Shown: piece by piece, positions 9,011 through 18,442 of the stretch
Numbering within the stretch: position 1 is the first letter of the stretch
Layout: each line of letters starts with the position of its first letter
NCBI GenBank assembly: GCA_041488155.1
Contig: JBGPOS010000007.1
Coordinates: forward strand, 11,107-75,106
Length of the DNA: 64,000 nt
Reading direction: 5' to 3'
Origin: Tepidiformaceae bacterium
GTDB taxonomy: Bacteria; Chloroflexota; Dehalococcoidia; Tepidiformales; Tepidiformaceae
Made by a program: the position numbers and the translations under genes
Notes under the pieces: model-generated
Told to the model about the DNA's origin: nothing
Database searches by the model: none
Seen by the model: only the letters and a program-made list of their open reading frames with translations

Positions 9011-9664
9011 ATGGAAGGGCAGAGCGAGTGGTCTCCGACGCCTGAACGCGAATCAGCTGTCCACGAGGCGGTACGGCTCACACGGGCGGACGACCCCGCA
9101 GCGAAGTCCCGAGAGCAGATCGACGGCGAGCTTCGACGCTTGCTGCAATGGGCCGACGGACGTCCGTTGACGGAGCGAGCGTACCTTCGCGCGCGGGAGA
9201 TCATCCAGGAGGCCTATGAGACCTCCACCGAGCTCCAGCTCTCAGCCCTGGCCCGCATCCGCGACCAGGAAGCCCAGATCGAACGCCGGGCAAACGAGCT
9301 CCTCAGCAACGCGCGCAGGGAGTCGGAGAAACTCGCTTCGCAATCCGGGATGGAGGGCCAGCTCGCTCTACAGCGGGCTCAACGCTATTCGGACGAGCTG
9401 GTGACTGGCGCCAAGGCAGAGGCCGATCGAATCCTGGCCGACGTAAAACAGCAGTCGGAACAGATCCTCGAAGAGGCGCGGCGGCAGGCGGCCGAAGTCT
9501 ACGAAGCCGCGGCCAAGTCCCTTGCTTCGGCGAAGGACCAGCAGGCGGAGATGCGGCGAGTAGAAGCCGAATTCGACGCCATCGCGGCTGAGCTGCTCCG
9601 AAAACTCGGGCTGCCCGGTGAATCGGGCGGGGGCTCGTGGCGGAAGATCCGCAAGCACAAGTAA
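9011..9664 (+). CDS. Coiled-coil protein of unknown function
   Basis: ATG at 9011, 5 nt after AGAGG (an alternative GTG lies at 9005). The sequence is rich in E/R/A/Q heptad-like stretches (ADRILADVKQQSEQILEEARRQAAEVYEAAAK). No catalytic motif is present. Confidence 0.5.
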   Translation: MEGQSEWSPTPERESAVHEAVRLTRADDPAAKSREQIDGELRRLLQWADGRPLTERAYLRAREIIQEAYETSTELQLSALARIRDQEAQIERRANELLSNARRESEKLASQSGMEGQLALQRAQRYSDELVTGAKAEADRILADVKQQSEQILEEARRQAAEVYEAAAKSLASAKDQQAEMRRVEAEFDAIAAELLRKLGLPGESGGGSWRKIRKHK

Positions 9665-9760
9665 TCGCACACCTCAAGGGGCGAACATGATATCGGCAGA
9701 GTTCCTCACGATTGGTCCCGGGGGGCTCCCGTTCAACGGGCGGAGTGAGCATGGTGTTCG

Positions 9761-10843
9761 GTGGCTACGTGCTGCTGCTCGCGGGCTGTCTCGCGTTTGG
9801 CGCGGGCCTGGCGATCTGGCGAAAGCTTGGGCGTGGTTAGCCTTCAACCGGCGCTGCTGACAGCCATCTCGTTGTACATCGTTTCTTCGGTGTACGTGCT
9901 GTGGATGGCGGCCCTGACAGCGAAGCCTCCGAAGAGCGAGGAGCGACAAGGCAGGCTCTTCTTCGTGCTGGTCGTGCCGGCGCTCAACGAAGAGTTGGTC
10001 ATCGCCAACACCGTCCGCCATCTACTTTCGCTGGCCGGAGAGAACTACCTGGTCATGGTCATCGACGATGGGTCGGATGACGCCACAGCAGCGGCCGTGA
10101 GGGCCTTCAAGGGCCCGAAGGTGAGGCTGGTGACTCGCAGGCCGCCCTTTGCCCGGCTGGGCAAGGGGGCGGCGCTCAACTACGCCTACGAAGCGATCGT
10201 AACTTCCGAGCTCCCCGAGATGTACGGGGAAGACAACATCGTCATGGCCGTGATGGACGCCGACGGGCAGGTAGAGCCGGACCTGCTCCAGCGAATCGCG
10301 GCCTACTTCGGCGCGTCGCAGACCGCCGCCGTACAGACCGCGGTGCGCATGCTCAACGCGAAGGAGAACCTCATAACGCGCTGGCAGCAGTACGAGTTCG
10401 TGACGTTCAACTGGATCTTTTCGCGGGCCCGTGAATCGATTGGCAGCGGCAGCCTCGGAGGCAACGGCCAGTTCGTCCGGCTGTCGGCGCCGACATCGCT
10501 GGGCGGGCAACCCTGGACGGACTGCCTCACAGAGGACCTCGACCTGGGCCTGCGGCTGATGCTCAAAGGCTGGCCGAACCACTACGCACACGAAGCGAAG
10601 GTTTACCAGCAGGCCGTGAGCTCGCTCCGACCGTTGGTGCGGCAGCGCTCACGTTGGTTCCAGGGGCACCTTTCGTGCTGGCGCCACGTGCCCGCGATTC
10701 TCGTCCACGACATGCCGGCCTTTCGCAAGGCCGACGTGCTGAACTACCTCCTCGCCGCCGCGCTTGTGCTTCCTCTCGGCCTGGTTTCGCTGGCTGGCAT
10801 CCTGGTGATGGTGGCCTCGGCAACGCTTTCGTTCGCGCCCTGA
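9761..10843 (+). CDS. Family 2 glycosyltransferase (IcaA/PgaC-like processive type), N-terminal and catalytic part, ending at an in-frame TGA
   Basis: VLVVPALNEE, VIDDGSDD, DADG and QRSRWFQGH (QxxRW) motifs with flanking TM helices. The start is uncertain (GTG 9761 or GTG 9833). Confidence 0.75.
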   Translation: MATCCCSRAVSRLARAWRSGESLGVVSLQPALLTAISLYIVSSVYVLWMAALTAKPPKSEERQGRLFFVLVVPALNEELVIANTVRHLLSLAGENYLVMVIDDGSDDATAAAVRAFKGPKVRLVTRRPPFARLGKGAALNYAYEAIVTSELPEMYGEDNIVMAVMDADGQVEPDLLQRIAAYFGASQTAAVQTAVRMLNAKENLITRWQQYEFVTFNWIFSRARESIGSGSLGGNGQFVRLSAPTSLGGQPWTDCLTEDLDLGLRLMLKGWPNHYAHEAKVYQQAVSSLRPLVRQRSRWFQGHLSCWRHVPAILVHDMPAFRKADVLNYLLAAALVLPLGLVSLAGILVMVASATLSFAP

Positions 10844-10891
10844 TCCTTCCTGACACTTCCAGACACGCCGTCCGCGTGGATCGAGTGGTAC

Positions 10892-11455
10892 GTGCTTGGA
10901 CTCGGAGGGGCGCCGATCTTCGCCTACGCCCTCTGGCGCGAAGGCGAGCATTCTCGCCTCGGTGCGCTGGCCTGGGCGCACGTCTTCCTGTTTGGAAGCT
11001 ACATCTGGCTGGTGTCGGCGATCGTCGCCTTCCGGCGGATGCTCCAGAAGAAAGCCGGCTGGGTGAAGACCTCCCGGACTCCGATGGTGGCCGTGGGCGC
11101 CGATGCCGAGAGTTCCGGGGAAGACGTGGGGCGGATGCGCTACCTCGCCAACGAACGAGGCGTGACCTGGCGAGGAGATTCGCCAGAACTCCTCCCGCTT
11201 CGCCCTCAGAACTTCTTGCCGCGTTTTTCGGAGGACCGAGCCGACGGTCGCCCAGTGTACGGGACTTCTGCAGGACCGCCGGGTGGTGTCAGCGACTGCG
11301 TGACCCTCGCCAGGGGTGAGGCTCACCTTCGGCGTTTGGCACAGATACTCGAACTCGCGGGGGTCGGACCGGCCGAGGGCCGCGCCGCAATTCGGACCCG
11401 CGCCACAACGGAGATTGACCTTATCGCGACGCCCACCGCCGTCCGCCTCCACTAA
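10892..11455 (+). pseudogene. C-terminal membrane segment of the same GT2, in frame with 9761..10843 beyond the TGA at 10841-10843; the distal part of the ORF is unsupported
   Basis: Same reading frame as the GT2. APIFAYALW...FLFGSYIWLVSAIVAFRRMLQKKAGWVKTSRT is the usual GT2 C-terminal TM pair plus the W-x-K-T-x-R tail. Nothing is recognisable after about 11085. Confidence 0.45.
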
Positions 11456-11522
11456 ACCGACACCATCGCAAGCGTTTTCGAACTTGCTGAGAGGGAGTCT
11501 CTGTGCCCGAACGTACCGCCGA

Positions 11523-11795
11523 CCGCCGGCTCTCGGCAGACCGGTGCTCGTCCTGCGGGACGAAACGGAACGTCCGGAAGGGGTCGAGGCTGGCGCGGCG
11601 CTGCTGGTGGGCCCGCATCGTGGCGCGATCGTCGAAGCAGCCTCGCGCCTTCTTAGCGATCCGGTCGCGTACGGTCAGATGGCGAAGTGCCGTTCACTCT
11701 ACGGGGACGGACAGACGGGGAAGCGCATTGTGGACATCCTCCTGGGCAGTGGGGCATGCAGCCCGAAGGCGGCCCAGGCCGTGGCCGTCTCGTAG
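11523..11795 (+). pseudogene. wecB: Remnant of UDP-N-acetylglucosamine 2-epimerase (C-terminal ~90 aa only)
   Basis: PALGRPVLVLRDETERPEGVEAGAALLVG...YGDGQTGKRIVDIL matches the WecB/MnaA C-terminus. There is no matching N-terminal two thirds in any frame upstream. Confidence 0.6.
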
Positions 11796-11867
11796 CAAGA
11801 GCGATTCCAGGGCTCAAGTCGTTCATGGCTCCATGCGCCGGCAGGATGCTGTCTTCAGCGGGCTACA

Positions 11868-12881
11868 ATGGAACTGCACGTGTTTCTCATCGCCGACGGT
11901 AACAACCTCGCCTGGGCGGGCTTTCACGCCCTGCGCAAACCGATGGGCGCCGAGACGCCGGGCCAGAAGATTCGGGCGACGCTGCTCGGCCTGACGCAGA
12001 GCGTGATCGGACTCGTGGTGCGGGCCGGGGAACCTCCGTCGGATGGGCCAGCGGGGACCCGCCCGCTGTGGGCGCGATCGGTGACGCGTATGGCGATCGC
12101 CTTCGACGAGGGCCGGCCTTTGCGCCGAAGGACGATCTTCCCGGGCTACCAACTGGGTCGCGAAAGCAACCCTTCGTTCGCCGAGAACGAGGCCTTCGTG
12201 CTCGAAGGGATCAGACAGTTCATCGAAGCGGCGGCCTGCCTGCCGATGGAGATCCTCCGGGGGGTGAACACCGAGGCCGACGACCTGGTGGCGGCGCTCG
12301 TGACGCAGTCGGATGCACCCGCGGTCCGCATCGCATCGACGGATCGCGACTTCCTCCAGCTCGTGGACGAGCGGGTGTCGGTGTATTCGCCGGTGAAGCG
12401 AATCGTGATCGACCCCTCCAACTTTACTGCGGCGACGGCCCCGACTGACTCGGATGGCCGGGCCGTCGCTTTTCCTCGCGAACGCTACCTCGACTACCGG
12501 GTGGCCAGCGGCGATCCCAGCGACGACCTCACGGGCATCCCCGGGGTGGGAGCCATCACCGCCGCGCGGCTCCTGGCGGCGGCGCCGCTCGACGCATACC
12601 TGGACAAGCCGAGGCTGGCCGTCGCCACGCTCGACCGGCGGAACGCGAAGCTCGAGACGGCTCTAGCTTCGGGAGCTGCCCGTGAGGTGGTTGACCGAAA
12701 CCGCCGGTTAATGGACCTCCGCCTCGGGGCCCAGAGCTTCCCCCGGTTGGGGGAGCTCAGGCGCTTCGGCGAGTGGAACGAAACAGGGTTCCGGGGCTGG
12801 CTCGCCGAGCAGCGGGTCGCGGGGATCGAAGTAGAGTCGGCCTGCGCCGCCCTCGGAGCCCTCGCGAAGGGGGTTAGCTGA
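11868..12881 (+). CDS. 5'-3' exonuclease (FEN/PIN-like, stand-alone Pol I N-terminal domain type)
   Basis: LIADGNNLAWAGFHAL, GVNTEADDLVAALV, STDRDFLQLV and GDPSDDLTGIPGVGAITAARLL (H3TH) motifs. Confidence 0.8.
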   Translation: MELHVFLIADGNNLAWAGFHALRKPMGAETPGQKIRATLLGLTQSVIGLVVRAGEPPSDGPAGTRPLWARSVTRMAIAFDEGRPLRRRTIFPGYQLGRESNPSFAENEAFVLEGIRQFIEAAACLPMEILRGVNTEADDLVAALVTQSDAPAVRIASTDRDFLQLVDERVSVYSPVKRIVIDPSNFTAATAPTDSDGRAVAFPRERYLDYRVASGDPSDDLTGIPGVGAITAARLLAAAPLDAYLDKPRLAVATLDRRNAKLETALASGAAREVVDRNRRLMDLRLGAQSFPRLGELRRFGEWNETGFRGWLAEQRVAGIEVESACAALGALAKGVS

Positions 12882-12922
12882 GCGTTCGTCGTGACCTGCG
12901 GCAGTTGTAGACTGTTCGAGCG

Positions 12923-12999
12923 GGGCGATTAGCTCAGTTGGTTAGAGCACTTCGCTTACACCGAAGGGGTCGGGGGTTCGAGCCCCTCATCGCCCACCA
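12923..12999 (+). tRNA. tRNA-Val (anticodon UAC), CCA encoded
   Basis: Hand-folded cloverleaf. Acceptor GGGCGAT/ATCGCCC, D arm GCTC..GAGC, anticodon arm CTTCG-CTTACAC-CGAAG, T arm with TTCGAGC loop, discriminator A then CCA. Confidence 0.92.
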
Positions 13000-13240
13000 C
13001 TCCCCGAACTGCCTCCGTACACTTCCTCCCACCCAAGAGGCACTCTCCGAGTGGCGTTCGACTGAGCGGGCCGGCGCAGTGTCTGCTTGGTGACAACTCG
13101 GGTTACGGAACCCCGCGCGAACCGCGCCTCGCGACCGCCTGCCGATTCTTCATCTGCGGGGATCGCAGGCAGGCTCGTCGTATCGAGCGCTGCCGGCGGC
13201 GCGGAAATCGGCCCTCCCCGCTTGCTGGGAGGCGCTTCGC

Positions 13241-13984
13241 ATGGGAATGGTCGCGACGGATGGACTGCCGCCACTGGTCGGCCTTCGCGTGCTCATCATT
13301 GCCCATGGGCTGGAGCTGCCCTACGACCGCGCACGCAGGCTCGACGCCTTTGGCTACCGTATGAGCGGCTGTGGCGACCCGCGGCGGGCGGTCGAGGCCA
13401 TACGCGAACACTCCCCCGGGGCGATCGTCGTCGATCTCGGGCGAAGCGCTGACTCACCGGGCGAGATCGTCTCCAATATCCGCAAAGTGAGCGAGGCGCC
13501 GGTGCTTGTGGTGGGTTCGACCGGCACCTATTCCGAGATGCTGCGCTGTCTCGAATCGGGCGCCGACGACTACTGCCGCCCCGGCTGCCAGACGGACGAA
13601 ATAGACATTCGACTTCGCGCGCTCTTTCGCCGCATCGGGTCGACTCCACGAGTTACCGACTCCCTGGGAGACGTGCTGCGCGTGGGCGAAATCGAAGTCG
13701 ACGTGCCGGGCAAGACGGTAAGAAAGCGTGGCGAGGTGGTCTCGCTTTCGCCGATCGAGTTCAGGCTGCTGGTAACGCTCGCCGAGCACCGCGGGCAGGT
13801 GATCCCTTCGAAGGCACTCATTTCGCGAGTGTGGGGCGCGCAGTGCGCCGGCGAGTCCCACTACCTGCGTCTCTACGTCCGCTACCTGCGGCAGAAGCTC
13901 GAGGACGACCCGAGCCAGCCGCGCTACATCGTCAACCGCTGGGGCGCCGGTTATTCACTCGAGGAGCCCCTCCACGCGGCCTGA
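13241..13984 (+). CDS. OmpR/KdpE-like response regulator with a degenerate receiver domain
   Basis: The winged-helix C-terminus (LSPIEFRLLVTLAEHRGQVIPSKALISRVWG...HYLRLYVRYLRQKLEDDP...RWGAGYSL) resembles KdpE. The receiver keeps VVDLG, but the acidic pair is AH and the conserved K is R. Confidence 0.85.
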   Translation: MGMVATDGLPPLVGLRVLIIAHGLELPYDRARRLDAFGYRMSGCGDPRRAVEAIREHSPGAIVVDLGRSADSPGEIVSNIRKVSEAPVLVVGSTGTYSEMLRCLESGADDYCRPGCQTDEIDIRLRALFRRIGSTPRVTDSLGDVLRVGEIEVDVPGKTVRKRGEVVSLSPIEFRLLVTLAEHRGQVIPSKALISRVWGAQCAGESHYLRLYVRYLRQKLEDDPSQPRYIVNRWGAGYSLEEPLHAA

Positions 13985-14048
13985 CCTTCGGTAGACGGCG
14001 GTGCCGTTCGCGGCTCATGATCGTTGACCCTCAGAAGCAGGAGCCAAC

Positions 14049-14573
14049 GTGACGCCCCACGAGATCCTTCGAACGAGCCTCAAGTCGATGCACAGCCTGC
14101 TCGACGACGCCGTCAACGGGATGACGGCCGCGCAATTCAACTTCCGTCCGAGCGAGGGCGGCGTGAGCGCCTTCTTCAGCCTCTGGCACTACGTCCGGAC
14201 GGAGGACAACATCGTCAATTTCGTGACGCAGCGGAAGCCCACGGTCTGGCTCGAGGGCGGGTACGACACGCGCTTTGGGCTGCCCCGGACGAACCAGGGC
14301 ACCGGCATGACGACCGAGGAAGCCAACGCTGTCCGAATCTCAGACGTGCCGGGCTGGCAGCAGTACCAGGCCCAAGTCTGGGTCGCGACTGACGCTTACC
14401 TCGCCGGCATGTCGCCCGAGGAGTTCGAGGAACGCAAGGTGACGATCAAGCCGCTCGGCGAAATGTCGCTCTGGAACGGTCTGTACGGCGTTTGTCTGAG
14501 CCACGGCTACCGCCACGTCGGCGAAATCGAATACGTGCGCGGCGTGCAGGGCCTCGGGGGGCTGACGATCTAA
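14049..14573 (+). CDS. DinB-family (DinB_2) protein
   Basis: 174 aa four-helix-bundle-type sequence with the H...H...H pattern (SLWHYVRTED...SHGYRHVGEIEY) typical of the DinB/YfiT superfamily. Confidence 0.7.
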   Translation: MTPHEILRTSLKSMHSLLDDAVNGMTAAQFNFRPSEGGVSAFFSLWHYVRTEDNIVNFVTQRKPTVWLEGGYDTRFGLPRTNQGTGMTTEEANAVRISDVPGWQQYQAQVWVATDAYLAGMSPEEFEERKVTIKPLGEMSLWNGLYGVCLSHGYRHVGEIEYVRGVQGLGGLTI

Positions 14574-15337
14574 CGCGCCATGCGGACGTAGCGAAAGACC
14601 TCCCGGAAGCCCATACGCTGGTAGACCGGCTCGCCCATTCGGGATGCTTCCAGGCAGGCGGCCGTTGCCCCGAGTTCGACCCCGGCGGAGATCGCGGCGG
14701 TCGTCATCGCCGTTCCGAGGCCGCGCCGCCTTGCCGACGGAGCGACGTAGACGTTGGTCACCCCCACCATCTCGGCGCTCACGACAGCCATCGATCGAGC
14801 CACGGGCGCATCGTCGACCAGGCCCACGAACAGGCGTATCCCCGGGGTTGATAGCACCGCGGCGGCGAGCGCCTCGTCTGCCGCGCGGTGGGCTGCATGG
14901 CGGGCGGGTTCCTCCGCTTCCACGGAAGCATAGGCCGAGACGCCGGCGCTGTCGGTCACGGTCTGGACCTCGAGTCCTGGCCCTCGCCCGCAGTCCAGCG
15001 GAAGCGGGGAGAGCAGCATGGCCGGCTGGCTCCGAAGCTCGCGATAGCCGCGCTCGCGGGCGGCGGCGAGCAGCGCGTCGTCGTCGGGGTCGCGCAGTGA
15101 GAGGACGAACGGCGCTCCTCGGCGGTCGAACCAGGCCTCAGCAGCGGCAAGAGCGGTCGCCGGGCGGCGAACTGGCGCTAACCTCAGCGCCAGGTTGAAC
15201 TCCTGCGTTCCGACTCCACTGTCGTAGAGCAGCCAGGGCCCGGCGCGCTCGACGCAGCTTTCGGATAGAGCATCCGCCACGGTCTGCAGCGCGTGGATGG
15301 TGTTGAGGTGCATCGCCCGCTTGAGGCCGCGGTCCAT
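14570..15337 (-). CDS. GNAT family N-acetyltransferase (two-lobed, ~255 aa)
   Basis: C-terminal VYVAPSARRRGLGTAMT...EPVYQRMGFREV is the acetyl-CoA binding motif A/B. Start ATG at 15337 (alternative 15313). The longer 454-aa ORF runs antisense to the next gene. Confidence 0.75.
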   Translation of the reverse strand: MDRGLKRAMHLNTIHALQTVADALSESCVERAGPWLLYDSGVGTQEFNLALRLAPVRRPATALAAAEAWFDRRGAPFVLSLRDPDDDALLAAARERGYRELRSQPAMLLSPLPLDCGRGPGLEVQTVTDSAGVSAYASVEAEEPARHAAHRAADEALAAAVLSTPGIRLFVGLVDDAPVARSMAVVSAEMVGVTNVYVAPSARRRGLGTAMTTAAISAGVELGATAACLEASRMGEPVYQRMGFREVFRYVRMAR

Positions 15338-15427
15338 CGCTCCATCGTAGCCCTCGGGCCGCGCGGGCAGGACACTGCGGCGGGGAAGCCCTACGCTACC
15401 TTGCCAACGCCATCGTGGAGTGCGCCC

Positions 15428-15874
<447 letters not shown>

Positions 15875-15945
15875 CGGCTGCCCGGCAAGGCAATCCGCGA
15901 GCTCGAAGCGGGCGTATTGCGTTTTGAACCCCACTGGAGACTGCC

Positions 15946-16908
15946 ATGAACGCCCACCAGAGCTACCTGATCGAAGAATTCGCCGAGGATTACCAGGCTC
16001 ATCGGCTGTCCCGGCGCGACCTGCTGCGCCGGACGCTCATCATCACCGGCAGTATCCCCGCGACGGCGTCAGTCCTCCTGGCGCTGGGGTGTGGAGGAGA
16101 CGACGACAAGGGCTCTGCGACGGCCGTATCGCCAACGAAGCGAGCCGCGGCGGATGCCTCGGCCGCAGCCACGGCGACCTCGGCGCCTTCGCAGACGGCG
16201 GTGGCAGCCACGGCGGGGGTCGACGCGAAGGAAGTCCGGTTCAAAGGGCCCGCGAGCGACATCATCGCCTACCAGGCGCTGCCATCGAAACCCGGCGCGA
16301 AGTTCGCGGCCGTGGTCGTCGTGCACGAAAATCGCGGTCTCAACGATCACATTCGTGACATCGCCCGGCGCTACGCAAAGGAAGGATTCGCCGCTCTCGC
16401 GGTCGATCTCCTGTCGCGAAGCGGGGGCACGAAGAGCGACGACAATGAGAACAGCGGCCTGCTCGGCCGGGCGAACCCCGACGATCTCGTGGCCGACCTC
16501 GTCGCAGCGGTGAACTACCTCAAGGCGCAGGCGTTCGTGGTGCCGGGCAGCCTGGGGGTGACCGGCTTTTGCTTCGGAGGCGGCTATACCTTCGAACTCG
16601 CGATCGCGAGTCCCGACATCAAGGCGGCGGTGCCGTATTACGGCACGGTCCGAAAGCTGGACGACCTCGCGAAGACGAAGGCGGCGATCCTCGCAATCTA
16701 CGGCGGCGACGACACACGGGTGACAGCATCGAGTGAGCCCGTCCGCCAGAAGCTGGCGGAGTCGGGGAAGACGGTCCAGGTCAAGGTCTATGCCGGGGCG
16801 AACCACGCGTTCTTCAACGACACCGGCCCGCGCTACAACGAGGCGGCGGCCAAGGACGCCTGGCAGATCACGCTCGACTGGTTCAGAAGGTACCTCCCCA
16901 CGGCCTGA
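15946..16908 (+). CDS. Dienelactone hydrolase family protein, probable Tat-exported lipoprotein
   Basis: SRRDLLRRTL twin-arginine motif followed by LALGCGG (lipobox-like). VVHENRGLNDHIRDIARRYA and GVTGFCFGG are dienelactone hydrolase (DLH) motifs. Confidence 0.85.
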   Translation: MNAHQSYLIEEFAEDYQAHRLSRRDLLRRTLIITGSIPATASVLLALGCGGDDDKGSATAVSPTKRAAADASAAATATSAPSQTAVAATAGVDAKEVRFKGPASDIIAYQALPSKPGAKFAAVVVVHENRGLNDHIRDIARRYAKEGFAALAVDLLSRSGGTKSDDNENSGLLGRANPDDLVADLVAAVNYLKAQAFVVPGSLGVTGFCFGGGYTFELAIASPDIKAAVPYYGTVRKLDDLAKTKAAILAIYGGDDTRVTASSEPVRQKLAESGKTVQVKVYAGANHAFFNDTGPRYNEAAAKDAWQITLDWFRRYLPTA

Positions 16909-16920
16909 AGCCCGCCGGCC

Positions 16921-17091
16921 TCAGTCGAGATAGAGGCGGAACCCGACCGACGACGGGGCGAACCCGAAATCAGCGTAGAAGCGGTGAGCCTCGACGCGCT
17001 GGGTCGCGCTCTGGAGCTGGACCAGGGCGAGGAGCCGATCCAGGTCCCGCGCAGTGGCAGGACGGACGATCGCCGAGTTCGGAAAAGCCAC
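16921..17091 (-). pseudogene. Mini-ORF (56 aa) that looks like a GNAT acetyltransferase with its middle deleted
   Basis: A GNAT N-terminal style segment (IVRPATARDLDRLLAL) is fused directly to a GNAT C-terminal style segment (VEAHRFYADFGFAPSSVGFRLYLD). The acetyl-CoA motif is absent. Confidence 0.45.
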
Positions 17092-17096
17092 GACGC

Positions 17097-18359
17097 TCAG
17101 GCGGCGGCGCCGGCTGCTTCGACGGCCTTCCGCGCAGCCTCGGCTAGGCCGACGGCCCGGATGACTGGTACGCCGGACTCGGCGATGAGCTTCTCGCCCT
17201 CGGCAAGGTTGGTGCCGACGAGGCGCACCACGACAGGCACAGTGATCTTCATCTGCCGGTGAGCCTCGATGACGCCCTGGGCGATGATGTCGACCCGGGC
17301 CATGCCGCCGAAGATGTTGACGAGGATGGCCTTGACGGATGGGTCTTCGAGGATGACTTTGAGCGCGCTCACCACCCGTTGGGGGTCGTTGACGGTGCCG
17401 ATGTCGAGGAAATTCGCGGGTTCGCCGCCCGCCAGTTTGATCGTGTCCATCGTCGCCATCGCGAGGCCTGCCCCGTTGACCACGCAGCCGATGTTGCCTT
17501 CGAGCTTGATGAAGTTCGAGACGCCGAGCTCCTGCGCGAGCACCTCGAGGGGATCCTCTTCATCTTTGTCGCGCAGCGCCTCCAGGTCCTTGTGGCGGAA
17601 GAGCGCGTTGTCATCGATGGTGCACTTGGCATCGAGGGCGAGGACCCGGCCGTCGCCAGTGACTACGAGGGGGTTGACTTCGACCAGGCTGGCGTCGCTT
17701 GCGACGGCGGCCTTGTAGAGGCCTTCCGCGAGTTTGGCGAACTGGTCGGCCTGGTCGCCCTTGAAACCGAGCCGGGCGGCGAGCGTGCGGCCGACGTACG
17801 GTTCGAAACCTGCCATAGGGTTTACCGGCACGCGCGCGATGGCCCCGGGATTGCTGTGGGCAACGACTTCAATCTCCTGGCCGCCTTCGGTCGACGCCAT
17901 GATCAGGGGGCAGCCCTGGGCGCCATCGATGATGATGGCGAGGTAGTACTCCTTCGCGACCGCCGACTGCTCCTCTACGAGGACGTGCTTGACGAGCTTG
18001 CCTTCGGGCCCGGTCTGCACGGAGACCAGGTGCTTCCCCAGGATGTTTGCAGCTTCGCGCTCCGCCTCTTCCGGGTTGGAGGCGAGCCTGACGCCGCCCA
18101 CCCTTTCGCCGCGCACCTGCCCGGAGAAGCCGGAGGGATCGGCGGTCAGCCGTTGGTACATCGCGGCCGTTTCGGACTGGCCGACCAGGCGGCCCTTACC
18201 CCGCGCACCGGCGTGGATCTGCGCCTTGACGACGACCGGCCCGCCGAGCTGGGTTGCCACCGCTCGCGCTTCGGCTGGCGTAGAGGCGACCCGCCCCTTC
18301 GGCACGGCGACGCCATAGCGGGCGAACAGCTCTTTCGCCTGGTATTCGTGGATCTTCAA
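17097..18359 (-). CDS. sucC: Succinate--CoA ligase (ADP-forming) beta subunit
   Basis: TTG start at 18359 gives (M)KIHEYQAKELFARYGV..., the canonical SucC N-terminus, with GGAG 9 nt upstream. ATP-grasp and CoA-ligase domains are present throughout. Confidence 0.92.
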   Translation of the reverse strand: MKIHEYQAKELFARYGVAVPKGRVASTPAEARAVATQLGGPVVVKAQIHAGARGKGRLVGQSETAAMYQRLTADPSGFSGQVRGERVGGVRLASNPEEAEREAANILGKHLVSVQTGPEGKLVKHVLVEEQSAVAKEYYLAIIIDGAQGCPLIMASTEGGQEIEVVAHSNPGAIARVPVNPMAGFEPYVGRTLAARLGFKGDQADQFAKLAEGLYKAAVASDASLVEVNPLVVTGDGRVLALDAKCTIDDNALFRHKDLEALRDKDEEDPLEVLAQELGVSNFIKLEGNIGCVVNGAGLAMATMDTIKLAGGEPANFLDIGTVNDPQRVVSALKVILEDPSVKAILVNIFGGMARVDIIAQGVIEAHRQMKITVPVVVRLVGTNLAEGEKLIAESGVPVIRAVGLAEAARKAVEAAGAAA

Positions 18360-18442
18360 GTCACTGCTCCGGGGAGGGGTTGCAGCGGTGAGCCTACAGC
18401 CCCCAGGAGGTAGCCGGTAGAGCGACGGGATGTTGAGCAGGG

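Noticed and set aside
10841-10843. The in-frame TGA inside the GT2 as a second selenocysteine codon. A small hairpin CACGC-CGUCC-GCGUG lies about 22 nt downstream.
   Set aside because: The codon sits in a loop between TM helices (…SFAP-*-SFLT…), not in a redox motif. Short GC hairpins are expected by chance in this DNA. The neighbouring wecB stump points to locus decay. A nonsense mutation is the simpler reading.
10649-11452. A minus-strand 267-aa ORF with a Cys-rich stretch (RCGAGPNCG...YLCQ) that might be a zinc-ribbon or transposase fragment.
   Set aside because: I could not match it to any family from memory. Most of it is antisense to the GT2 C-terminal segment. The evidence is insufficient to call a gene or an IS remnant.
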